Assembly (NCBI GenBank): GCA_043803405.1
Contig: JAZDKB010000016.1
Span: 16,293 to 80,292, forward strand
Direction: 5' to 3'
DNA: 64,000 nucleotides
From: Spirochaetota bacterium
Lineage (GTDB): Bacteria > Spirochaetota > UBA4802 > JAFGDQ01
Shown here: positions 10,784 to 19,542 of the stretch, piece after piece
Numbering within the stretch: position 1 is the first letter of the stretch
Layout: each line of letters opens with the position of its first letter
Position numbers and translations under genes: made by a program
Notes under the pieces: generated by a model
Databases searched by the model: none
Seen by the model: the letters and a program-made list of their open reading frames with translations, nothing else
What the model was told of the DNA's origin: nothing

Positions 10784-10871
10784 AAAAAATCAGGTATCAA
10801 AATTGCTCAATTATTTCTAAAGTACTAACTTAGAGGAGCATTATTCTATTAACTACTTAAGGAGGTTTCTT

Positions 10872-12446
10872 ATGGGAGGTAAAAAGACGTTTAATACAAT
10901 TCCGACATTACTCAACAGAAACTTAATGCTGTATCCGGAAAGTATTGGACTGACAGAAGTAGAAGGCAGCAGAGCATACACGTACAAGACAATGAAAGAC
11001 CGGGCAAACCGGATGGGAAATGCATTGTATGCGCTCAACTTGAAGAAAGGTGACAGGATTGCCATACTAAGTCAAAATAGCTTTGAGTACATGGAATCAG
11101 CAATTAACATCCCAAATGCTGGTCTTATTTTCGTCGTGTGCAATTTCAGGCTGGCACCGCCGGAAATGGCTGCAGTACTCACAGATTCCGAACCGACTGT
11201 CCTTATCGTTCAGGATCAATTTGTTGATTTAGCGGTTAAATTAAAAGAGTCTATTAAATCAATAAAACACATGATCTATTTCGGAGATCCGGGAAAGAAA
11301 CCCAAGGATTGGATCGATTACAATGATTTTATGAAAAATGGATCCACTAATGATCTGTCTGTAGAAATATTTGAAGATGATATTGCCATGCTTATGTACA
11401 CAAGCGGCACTACAGGACTTCCCAAAGGAGTTATGCAGACTCATGAAGGTTTTGTCCATGCAGGCCGCGTTTGCTCAAAGAACAACAATCTGATTATGGA
11501 TGATAAGGTATTTATCGTTTGCCCGATGTACCATATTACGGCACATTATACCTTCTTTGGCGCTTTCTATACAGGCTGCCCAGCTTATGTGTTTACAAAA
11601 TGGGACGTGGATCAATTCATGTCATGCTGCGAAAAGTTTAAACTGACCGCAGGAATGTTCGCTACACCGATGGTCATGATGATACTCGACAGCCCGAATC
11701 ATAAAAAATATAATGTATCTAGCTGGAGAACACTCTGGTTTGCCGGCGCAGGCATTATCCCTGCAGTTTATCAGAAATTCATCGATACTTTCGGCAATAT
11801 TATCGGAGAACACCATGGCACAACAGAATCCACAGGCGTAACAACGAATCTGTCCGTAAGAGATATTAAGGATGCCTTTGCAAGAGGAGACAAGAACATA
11901 CTTGAATCATGCGGAAGAGCAAGCTATGACATGGAAGTGCTTATTATTGACGAAAAGGGTAAACAGGTCACTAATGGAGTGGGCGAGATGATCATTAGAG
12001 GACCTGGCATGGCTGTAGGTTACTGGAGAAAAGAACCTGAAACAAAAAAAGCTTTCCGTGGTGAGTGGTTCCATACTGAAGATGTATGTTCAATAGACGC
12101 GCACGGATATATACGCGTTATCGATCGTTTAAAAGATATGATTATAACAGGCGGCGAAAACGTATATCCGGCAGAAGTTGAGAAAGTACTCCATTCTCAT
12201 CCGGCTATAAAGGAATCGTGCGTAATTGGCACACCCCACCCGACATGGGGAGAAGCTGTAACAGCAGTTGTCGTTCTTAACAACGGTGCAAAACTGGAGC
12301 CGGCAGAAGTAACAGAATACTGCAAAGGCAAAATAGGCGGATACAAAGTTCCCAGAGTAGTTTATATAGTTCCTTCGCTTCCACGTAATGCTGCTGGAAA
12401 AATTCTAAAAAGAGAGTTAAGAGATCAGTATAGTGGTAAAAAATAA
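10872..12446 (+). CDS. AMP-dependent synthetase/ligase, i.e. acyl-CoA synthetase
   Basis: The AMP-binding motif YTSGTTGLPKGV, the GYWRKEPETKK region and a C-terminal Lys motif are all present. An AGGAGG ribosome-binding site lies upstream. Confidence 0.85.
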   Translation: MGGKKTFNTIPTLLNRNLMLYPESIGLTEVEGSRAYTYKTMKDRANRMGNALYALNLKKGDRIAILSQNSFEYMESAINIPNAGLIFVVCNFRLAPPEMAAVLTDSEPTVLIVQDQFVDLAVKLKESIKSIKHMIYFGDPGKKPKDWIDYNDFMKNGSTNDLSVEIFEDDIAMLMYTSGTTGLPKGVMQTHEGFVHAGRVCSKNNNLIMDDKVFIVCPMYHITAHYTFFGAFYTGCPAYVFTKWDVDQFMSCCEKFKLTAGMFATPMVMMILDSPNHKKYNVSSWRTLWFAGAGIIPAVYQKFIDTFGNIIGEHHGTTESTGVTTNLSVRDIKDAFARGDKNILESCGRASYDMEVLIIDEKGKQVTNGVGEMIIRGPGMAVGYWRKEPETKKAFRGEWFHTEDVCSIDAHGYIRVIDRLKDMIITGGENVYPAEVEKVLHSHPAIKESCVIGTPHPTWGEAVTAVVVLNNGAKLEPAEVTEYCKGKIGGYKVPRVVYIVPSLPRNAAGKILKRELRDQYSGKK

Positions 12447-12482
12447 AGTTAATAAAATCTTTAATTAGTTTTTAAGGGATAT

Positions 12483-12516
12483 GCCCCCGATCCCGGAAAC
12501 GCAGGGGGCTTTTTCC
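12483..12516 (+). terminator. Rho-independent terminator downstream of the acyl-CoA ligase
   Basis: A GCCCCC...GGGGGC stem (12483-12509) is followed by a TTTTT run. Confidence 0.6.
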
Positions 12517-12607
12517 TTTAGCATATATTTAGTATTATTATGTTAATGGAATCGGTTTAAAGCGCTCAGACAGGCTTAATATTATTTTAAAACTATAATA
12601 TTCTCCA

Positions 12608-12664
12608 CCCCGGATTATTTTCTCCATCCATTCCCCCAAGACGGAGAAGAGAAATAATCCGGGG
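12608..12664 (+). other. Strong imperfect hairpin in the long leader upstream of leuC, a possible attenuator or RNA element
   Basis: CCCCGGATTATTT(TCTCC) pairs with (GGAGA)AATAATCCGGGG across a 17-nt loop. Direct repeats CGCAATTCGTCTCAAAA / CGCAACTCATCTCAAAA follow at 12675-12714. Confidence 0.35.
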
Positions 12665-12955
12665 CTTTAAAATCCGCAATTCGTCTCAAAACACCGCAAC
12701 TCATCTCAAAATTATAATTTTATATAAATAGCTGACTTTAAATTGAAATACAGTACAATATTTTCTGCGGAATGCCTTCAAGGTTAATTTTTAAGTTTTA
12801 AAGGATATTGCTTTAGGCCTGAAAGGAGTACTAAAAAATTTTCGACCGACCGGATGTTGGAAATGTATTTCTATTTATAGCAAATAAAATGTAATTTCAA
12901 GATAAGTTGCAGGCATTTTTCATGGTAAGTAATAATTTAATTTATTAAAATGCTC

Positions 12956-12983
12956 TTGACAGCGAGTAGTCCGTATTTATTTA
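12956..12983 (+). promoter_or_regulatory. Putative sigma70-type promoter for leuCD
   Basis: TTGACA (12956-12961) is followed by a 16-nt spacer and then TATTTA, about 35 nt upstream of the leuC ATG. Confidence 0.3.
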
Positions 12984-13017
12984 TTATTTTTTAATTTTGC
13001 GTTAAAGAGGAAAGCCT

Positions 13018-14277
13018 ATGGGAATGACAATTACAGAAAAAATTTTAGCAAAACACGCCGGAAAAGAAACGGTTGTTCCCGGCGAACTGATCGAGGCTAA
13101 AGTCGACCTCGTTCTGGGAAACGATATAACAGCACCCATTGCCATTAAAGAATTAAAAGACCTTGGTTTAAAAAAAGTTTTTGATAATGAAAAGGTCGTG
13201 CTTGTTGCCGATCATTTTACACCTAACAAGGATATCCTCTCGGCAGAGCAGGTAAAAATACTCAGAACTTTTGCCCGTGAATTCGGAATAGTTCATTTTT
13301 ACGATACCGGAAGAGTCGGCGTTGAGCATGCGCTCCTACCAGAACTAGGACTGACAAGGCCGGGTATGCTTATAATCGGCGCAGACTCGCATACATGCAC
13401 ATACGGAGCCTTAGGCGCTTTTTCAACCGGTGTAGGCTCAACAGATATGGCTGCTGCTATGGCAACAGGCAGAACATGGCTTAAAGTGCCAGAATCGATG
13501 AAATTTATTATTAATGGCAAACTAAATAAATATGTTACAGGCAAAGATCTTATTCTGCATACAATAGGCGACATCGGAGTTGACGGAGCACTTTACAAGG
13601 CTATGGAGTTCACCGGCAACACCATAAGCAGCCTGACTATTGAGGGCAGGCTTACAATGGCTAATATGGCTATTGAAGCAGGCGGGAAAAACGGTATTTT
13701 CGAAGCTGATGATAAAACAATTGAATATATAAAGAGCAGAACAAAATTGCCTTTTGAAATATATACCAGTGATGATGATGCTTCGTACGTTGATATTATA
13801 GAATATGACGCATCAAAAATTGAACCTTTAATAGCCTGCCCGCATCTGCCGGAAAACACAAAGCAGGCAAGAGAAAGCGGAATTAAAATTGACCAGGTTG
13901 TTATAGGCTCGTGCACAAACGGACGAATTGAGGATCTTAGACTTGCCGCTCAAATTCTCAAAGGAAAAAAAGCTCATAAGGATGTAAGGCTTATTATTAT
14001 TCCGGCTACACAGGAAGTTTATGCAGCTGCTATGAAAGAAGGGCTTTTCGACATATTTCTGCAGGCCGAGGCTGCTATCTCAGCTCCGACATGCGGGCCA
14101 TGCCTTGGAGGTCATATGGGAATACTTGCAAAAGGCGAAAAATGCGTGGCTACGACAAACAGGAATTTCGTAGGAAGAATGGGCCACCCCGGAAGTGAAG
14201 TATATCTTGCAAATCCTGCAATCGCAGCTGCATCGGCAATCGCTGGGAAAATCGTTCATCCTGATGAAATAAAATAA
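13018..14277 (+). CDS. leuC: 3-isopropylmalate dehydratase / homoaconitase large subunit (short type-2 LeuC of the aconitase family)
   Basis: The aconitase catalytic motifs are present ([24 protein letters not shown], and the Cys ligands in [14 protein letters not shown]). The ORF is 419 aa. Confidence 0.85.
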   Translation: MGMTITEKILAKHAGKETVVPGELIEAKVDLVLGNDITAPIAIKELKDLGLKKVFDNEKVVLVADHFTPNKDILSAEQVKILRTFAREFGIVHFYDTGRVGVEHALLPELGLTRPGMLIIGADSHTCTYGALGAFSTGVGSTDMAAAMATGRTWLKVPESMKFIINGKLNKYVTGKDLILHTIGDIGVDGALYKAMEFTGNTISSLTIEGRLTMANMAIEAGGKNGIFEADDKTIEYIKSRTKLPFEIYTSDDDASYVDIIEYDASKIEPLIACPHLPENTKQARESGIKIDQVVIGSCTNGRIEDLRLAAQILKGKKAHKDVRLIIIPATQEVYAAAMKEGLFDIFLQAEAAISAPTCGPCLGGHMGILAKGEKCVATTNRNFVGRMGHPGSEVYLANPAIAAASAIAGKIVHPDEIK

Positions 14278-14289
14278 CCGGAGAATATT

Positions 14290-14784
14290 ATGAAAGTTAC
14301 AGGAAAAGTATGGAAATTCGGCAATAATATAAATACAGATGAAATAATTCCGGCAAGATATCTGAATGTATCCGACCCGGATGAACTCGCAAAACACTGT
14401 ATGGAAGATGCAGATCCTAAATTCATGCAGAAAAAATCCGACGGCGACATAGTAGTAGCAGGGGAAAACTTCGGCTGCGGTTCTTCAAGGGAACATGCAC
14501 CTATTGCGATTAAAGCAGCAAAAATATCGTGCGTGCTGGCAATTTCATTTGCAAGGATATTCTTCAGAAACTGCCTTAACATGGGACTTCCTATACTCGA
14601 GGCGTCTGATGCAGCCAGGGAGATCAATGAAGGCGACACAATAGAAATTGACTTTGATAGCGGGGAAATTAAAAATAAAACTACAGGCAAAGTCTACCAT
14701 GCAAAACCATTCCCGCCATTCATGCAGGACCTGATTGCAAAAGGCGGCCTCATGAATAAAATTAAAAGCGAATTGTCTAAATAA
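14290..14784 (+). CDS. leuD: 3-isopropylmalate dehydratase small subunit (LeuD type 2)
   Basis: The 164-aa ORF has the aconitase swivel-domain motifs GENFGCGSSREHA and sits 12 nt after leuC. Confidence 0.85.
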   Translation: MKVTGKVWKFGNNINTDEIIPARYLNVSDPDELAKHCMEDADPKFMQKKSDGDIVVAGENFGCGSSREHAPIAIKAAKISCVLAISFARIFFRNCLNMGLPILEASDAAREINEGDTIEIDFDSGEIKNKTTGKVYHAKPFPPFMQDLIAKGGLMNKIKSELSK

Positions 14785-14867
14785 CAATAAATACTAAAAG
14801 GTTATTCCTTCAGATAAAGACGTTCTAAGTAGAGTTCAAAATATCTATATTATATTTAAATAAGCTG

Positions 14868-17018
14868 TTATTGAGGTTTAATATTGTTGCTGTCAGTAAT
14901 ATCATCGCCTTTATCATGGAACGACATTATGTACCAGTCGCCTCTCTTTTTTAAGGCAGGAATTTTGAGTAATTTTGATATTAACTGAGCCTGAGGCAGA
15001 TTGGGGATATCCTGTATAAAGAAATCCGTAAATTCAAGATCTATTTTCATGTCGCCCGGTATCCTGGTGGTTCCCGCAGCCGGCTTGCCGAAGGCTCCAT
15101 CCATCCTGAGCCTTATATCCGGTGAATTAAACAGCATGGAATTAATATAAAAATTATTCCCGGCTGCATTGATATTTCCGTAAATCTTATTGAATTCAAT
15201 ATTGCTCAGCTTGTATTTTAGTTCGGAAAGCCAAATCCCTAATCCTTTCTGTATCCCCGTATTTACAAGCTTTCCCTTGTCTATATTAAATTCAATTTTA
15301 CCTTTTAAAAGATCGAATTGTCCAGTTTCCTTATTTACTCCAAATTTAATTTCCGTATTGCCTTTTGCAATTCCGAAAAAACGACCGGATAATTCACTAT
15401 TTAAATTTGCAAGATTCTGGACTTTTATTTCCTGGAAACCGGCATTTAATTCCATATATGGTTCATTCCTGGAAAAATCGACATACCCGTTCCCTTTAAT
15501 ATTGCCTCCCATAAAACCTATCGATGCCTGATTTAAATTTATTCGGTTATTTATTACAGAATAATTCAGTGATGCGTTTGAAAAATTATATTTATTAATA
15601 TTTAAATTATCAATATCAATCCGTCCGGAAACTTCCGATTTAATGTTAAATTGTGAGGAACTCTTTTTGCTGCCGGCCTCTTTTTCAGTAACATAGGTAA
15701 ATTCCCTGGCATTAAAATTAAGAATAATTTTCTGAAAATTATTGCCCGAAGTGCTTATGGATAATAGTCCGGGCTGGTCATAAACTGAAACCGGTATCTT
15801 TTCTTTGTAAATAATATTGTTTTTAATTGAAATATCTGAGGTTACCGTTAAAATATTTTTTCCATTACTTCTGTAAGAAACATTTTTTAAATTCAGATTT
15901 CCTGAAAAATTTTTATATTCGCATGAGATGTTTCCAGTAACCCAGCCGTATAAATTGTTTAAAATATTACTGTTTAAAAATGTTAATAATCCTTTTGCGT
16001 CAATTAGACTCGAATCAATATCGGTAATATTAAATCTGATCAGACTATCTTTTATTTTACTGCTAAAAGAAAAAAAGATTTGATTAATAAAAAATTTGGA
16101 TTTTTCGACTTCTCCTCTTATCTTTATCAAATCAACGGTTTCTTTATTAAGATCAACCCTGCATTTTCCATCGGCATTCACAATTTTGGAATTTGTTAAG
16201 TACGAATCTCCTTTTGCAAATCCCTCGACAAAATCTTTTGTTATTTTTAAACCGGTAACATTGCCGGTAAAATTAGTAAATGGCAAAGACAAATCTTTTA
16301 CCCACTTGTATACCCAAAGCAGGGAACACTTCTTAAGCCTGCAGTCGCCTGTAACTTCAAAATCATTTTCAAATACAGAAACGCCTATTTTATCAGAATA
16401 AATTGTGCCGCGTTCTTCAGGTAAAATAATAATACAGTCCGTTACTGCGAATGAATCGCTAACATGGATGTTAACCGTTCCGTTAAAAACATATCTGCCT
16501 TCCAATGGCTTTAAAATATCAGGCGGATTTTTTAATGTTATTTCCGCATTTTTAAATTTAATTATGGATATTTTTGTTTTAATTCCTGATTCGCTGCTGT
16601 TTTTAAGATCAAGCAGCAATTTCCCAAGATTGGATTTTCCATCATCGTATATAATATGTATTTTAAAATTATTTAATACTATACCGCTGATGATGAATTC
16701 TTTTTTAAGAAGAGGCAGCAGAGAAAATTTAATATCTGCTTCCTTTACAGAAGCAAGTATGTCCTTATCCGGTATTTTATCGTCTGTATATAAATTATTA
16801 TAAATGCGGATATTCTTTAAAGTAATACCCTGGAGACCGTAATCGATTTCCTGAATAATTATTTTTCTTTTTAATGTTTCTTCAGCGCTGGAGATTATAA
16901 TGGACAGTATTTTATCTTTAGGGAAATAATGATAAACAAGAAATGCGCTTAATGAGATTGCTAATATTGCGGTGCCGGAAATAATAAGAGCAAATTTAAA
17001 AAACCTTGCTTTCTTCAC
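14868..17018 (-). CDS. AsmA-like / TamB-like envelope assembly protein
   Basis: The 716-aa ORF has a single N-terminal transmembrane anchor (ALIISGTAILAISLSAFLVYHYF) and then a long beta-rich Asn/Ser/Ile region typical of AsmA-family proteins. Confidence 0.5.
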   Translation of the reverse strand: MKKARFFKFALIISGTAILAISLSAFLVYHYFPKDKILSIIISSAEETLKRKIIIQEIDYGLQGITLKNIRIYNNLYTDDKIPDKDILASVKEADIKFSLLPLLKKEFIISGIVLNNFKIHIIYDDGKSNLGKLLLDLKNSSESGIKTKISIIKFKNAEITLKNPPDILKPLEGRYVFNGTVNIHVSDSFAVTDCIIILPEERGTIYSDKIGVSVFENDFEVTGDCRLKKCSLLWVYKWVKDLSLPFTNFTGNVTGLKITKDFVEGFAKGDSYLTNSKIVNADGKCRVDLNKETVDLIKIRGEVEKSKFFINQIFFSFSSKIKDSLIRFNITDIDSSLIDAKGLLTFLNSNILNNLYGWVTGNISCEYKNFSGNLNLKNVSYRSNGKNILTVTSDISIKNNIIYKEKIPVSVYDQPGLLSISTSGNNFQKIILNFNAREFTYVTEKEAGSKKSSSQFNIKSEVSGRIDIDNLNINKYNFSNASLNYSVINNRINLNQASIGFMGGNIKGNGYVDFSRNEPYMELNAGFQEIKVQNLANLNSELSGRFFGIAKGNTEIKFGVNKETGQFDLLKGKIEFNIDKGKLVNTGIQKGLGIWLSELKYKLSNIEFNKIYGNINAAGNNFYINSMLFNSPDIRLRMDGAFGKPAAGTTRIPGDMKIDLEFTDFFIQDIPNLPQAQLISKLLKIPALKKRGDWYIMSFHDKGDDITDSNNIKPQ

Positions 17019-18216
17019 GTTTTTTATCCATCATTGCTTTTTTCTTGAAGTACTGCACGCTCTTTTCCAGCTCTTCCAGGTTTTTACAAACAAGTTTTCC
17101 GGATTCCAGAGTAAAAAATTTATCTTCCAGAAGCTGATTTATGTATGGGCCGCCTTTCTCGTGCGGGACGCCGACCAGCTGCAAAAGCTCGTTAGTACCG
17201 AATTCAAAGTTATGCGGCTGATGCTGATGTATAGGAATTTTTTGCTTCTCCAGCTGCAGAAGCAGAGTATCGTATATTCTGGCCATCGGATCTTTTATAG
17301 TAAGATTCTCAAGCTGACGGTATGCTGTCCATATTCTTTCACTCAATATGCTGATGATCTTGATAGCTAGTTGAGGTTTCATGTGAACCATTTCTTCAAA
17401 GTTAGCCTTTGTTATAGCCATCAGGTTAACATCGCCGAAAGAAATTGCTGACGCGTTCCTGGGTTTGTTGTCGAGCAGCGACATTTCCCCGAAAATATCC
17501 CCCTGTTTAAGCACTGCAAGAAGCATTTCCTCATCACCGCTTATTTTCGTTATCTTAACTTTTCCGCTTTGTATAATATAGACTTCTCCACCTGGTTCAT
17601 TTTCGCAAAATATCATTGTATTATCCGGATATACCTTTCTCAGATCCAGGGATTCCTGGACAGGAGCCTTAAGCGGAGCTTTCATGGTTTTAAGGCTGGA
17701 AATTGCGTTTTCCACATTATGTCCTTTCGGACAGTGCTCAAGATATTTCTGATATGCGTAGATTGCATGCCGTAAAGCTTTCTTTTTATAGTAATATTCA
17801 CCAATCGCGAATATATGTTCAGGATTTTCTTCTGCTGCTTCCTGCAGTGTAAGCCGTGTTACCGCCTGATTAAAGCTGCGGAGTTTCCTGCTGAAAAACC
17901 TGATGATCTTCATGGCGATTACCGGGTTTTTCTGGATCAGCATGCCGAACTGTTCCCTTTCAACCGATATCAGGGAAACATTCGATACTGCAACCGCTGT
18001 CTCAATCCTGGCGCGGTTGCTCATACATGAGATTACTCCGAAAAAATCTCCCGGTCCAAGAAGACTGGCAGTGTCGTCTGCAATCGTAGGATTTTCTTTT
18101 ATAACCTTAACATTGCCGCTTCGTATAATATAAAAATTGTCGGCGTTTTTTTTACCCTCTACAATAATGAAGGATTTTGTAAGATAATTTACAACCTTAA
18201 ATTGAGTTGTAGTCAT
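16996..18216 (-). CDS. Tandem cyclic-nucleotide-binding (CAP effector-like) domain protein with no recognizable output domain
   Basis: Two cNMP-binding modules are present (FYIIRSGNVKV...GPGDFFGVIS and VYIIQSGKVKI...KQGDIFGEMSLL). Its 3' end overlaps the start of the AsmA-like gene by 23 nt. Confidence 0.7.
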   Translation of the reverse strand: MTTTQFKVVNYLTKSFIIVEGKKNADNFYIIRSGNVKVIKENPTIADDTASLLGPGDFFGVISCMSNRARIETAVAVSNVSLISVEREQFGMLIQKNPVIAMKIIRFFSRKLRSFNQAVTRLTLQEAAEENPEHIFAIGEYYYKKKALRHAIYAYQKYLEHCPKGHNVENAISSLKTMKAPLKAPVQESLDLRKVYPDNTMIFCENEPGGEVYIIQSGKVKITKISGDEEMLLAVLKQGDIFGEMSLLDNKPRNASAISFGDVNLMAITKANFEEMVHMKPQLAIKIISILSERIWTAYRQLENLTIKDPMARIYDTLLLQLEKQKIPIHQHQPHNFEFGTNELLQLVGVPHEKGGPYINQLLEDKFFTLESGKLVCKNLEELEKSVQYFKKKAMMDKKREESKVF

Positions 18217-18386
18217 TTTCTCCTCAATAGGAAAACGGAACAGTTACAATAATGTTATACTTATCTGCGTAAAATATCAAATAACTTCATAATTGGATAA
18301 TGTTAATTATAGTAACAATTATCATAATTAAAATCGGCATAAAATCAAGCATTTTCAAGAAATAATATCTTATTTCCTTTAATAAA

Positions 18387-18986
18387 TTAAAATATCTCCA
18401 TTATTGCTTCTGCCATCAGTTTATAACCGTCTTCATTAGGATGGACAAGATCCTCCTGGACAAATGTCCTGAAATGAGTCTTATCCTTAATATGACCTTC
18501 CCAGTATTTATCCACCCTTGCGATCGGTATATTATTTTTCACTGCAATATTTTCCAGGACATTATAAAAAATTTTGGCCACTTCGCTTTCTATATTATAT
18601 CCCATATATATTGAAGTTATAATAATTATATCCACATCAAGTTTTTCGTTCAGGCGGCTGATAATTCCCTGTATATTTTTACTGTATTCTGAGGGAGAAT
18701 AACCTGTAAAAGCGTCATTTAAAGCGAACTGGACAAAAACAGCGTCAGGTTTATGTTTTATAACATCCCTTTCCAAACGACCAAGACCCCCGGAAGCAGT
18801 ATCTCCGGGGATTCCTTTATTTATTATATTAAGACTGCAATCCGGATACTTTTCCAGAAGCATTTCCTTTAAATAATCCAGGAAACCCTTATCTACAAGC
18901 CATCCGTATGTAAGCGAATCCCCAAGAGCAGCTATGGTTACAGGATTTCCCTGTTCCATCTTTTTTATTGTTTTTTCAGATCTCAT
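18387..18986 (-). CDS. SGNH/GDSL family hydrolase
   Basis: The GDSLT motif lies near the N-terminus (AALGDSLTYGW). The DxxH region (DLVHPNEDGY) is near the C-terminus. Confidence 0.75.
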   Translation of the reverse strand: MRSEKTIKKMEQGNPVTIAALGDSLTYGWLVDKGFLDYLKEMLLEKYPDCSLNIINKGIPGDTASGGLGRLERDVIKHKPDAVFVQFALNDAFTGYSPSEYSKNIQGIISRLNEKLDVDIIIITSIYMGYNIESEVAKIFYNVLENIAVKNNIPIARVDKYWEGHIKDKTHFRTFVQEDLVHPNEDGYKLMAEAIMEIF

Positions 18987-19290
18987 TTAAAAAATTATTT
19001 CCTTAAATTAATAAAAATAGTTGCAAACAAAATAGGAATTATCGCAATATCTTTGCAATAATTATTTATATTGACTTTTTAAAATAAGTTCATTATTCTT
19101 GCTGCTAATATTACAAGATTATTACATTTAGCCAGGCCTAAATGCAATAATCTTTTATCCGCTTTTATTTTATGCGGCTTTTTTCGCAAAACGGTTCAAA
19201 TCATGGATAACAGCAGTGAAATACGTGTATATTTTTAACCATTATTTTAAATTTTAGAGGAAAACAGCACTTAAATTTGCTGATAATAAT

Positions 19291-19530
19291 ATGAAAAATA
19301 AATCGGATAATAAAGAATCATTATGGCCTGATCTGGATGTTAAAGTCCGTTATAAAAAAGATAACAGTTTTATGTATCTTTACCAGCAATTCTCGAAATA
19401 TAAAGATTCAAAATTATATAAAGCTATTTACAACCATCCCTTTGTTTCAATAACTATTTTAATTCTTTGGGGTGTCTTTATATTAATATTATTCATGACT
19501 ATATTATTTACACTATATAAAAAGTCCTGA
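19291..19530 (+). CDS. Hypothetical small membrane protein
   Basis: The 79-aa ORF has a charged N-terminus and one C-terminal transmembrane helix. There is no homology anchor, so it may be spurious. Confidence 0.2.
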   Translation: MKNKSDNKESLWPDLDVKVRYKKDNSFMYLYQQFSKYKDSKLYKAIYNHPFVSITILILWGVFILILFMTILFTLYKKS

Positions 19531-19542
19531 ATATATTCCGCA

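Noticed and set aside
12786-12870. Possible leucine leader peptide (MLEMYFYL) in the leuCD upstream region
   Set aside because: The 8-codon ORF has only one Leu codon besides the start, which is not a credible Leu-attenuation leader.
19159-19184. Weak CCGC...GCGG hairpin plus T-run, considered as a terminator
   Set aside because: The stem is only 4 bp and no plus-strand gene ends upstream. It is probably a chance feature in AT-rich DNA.
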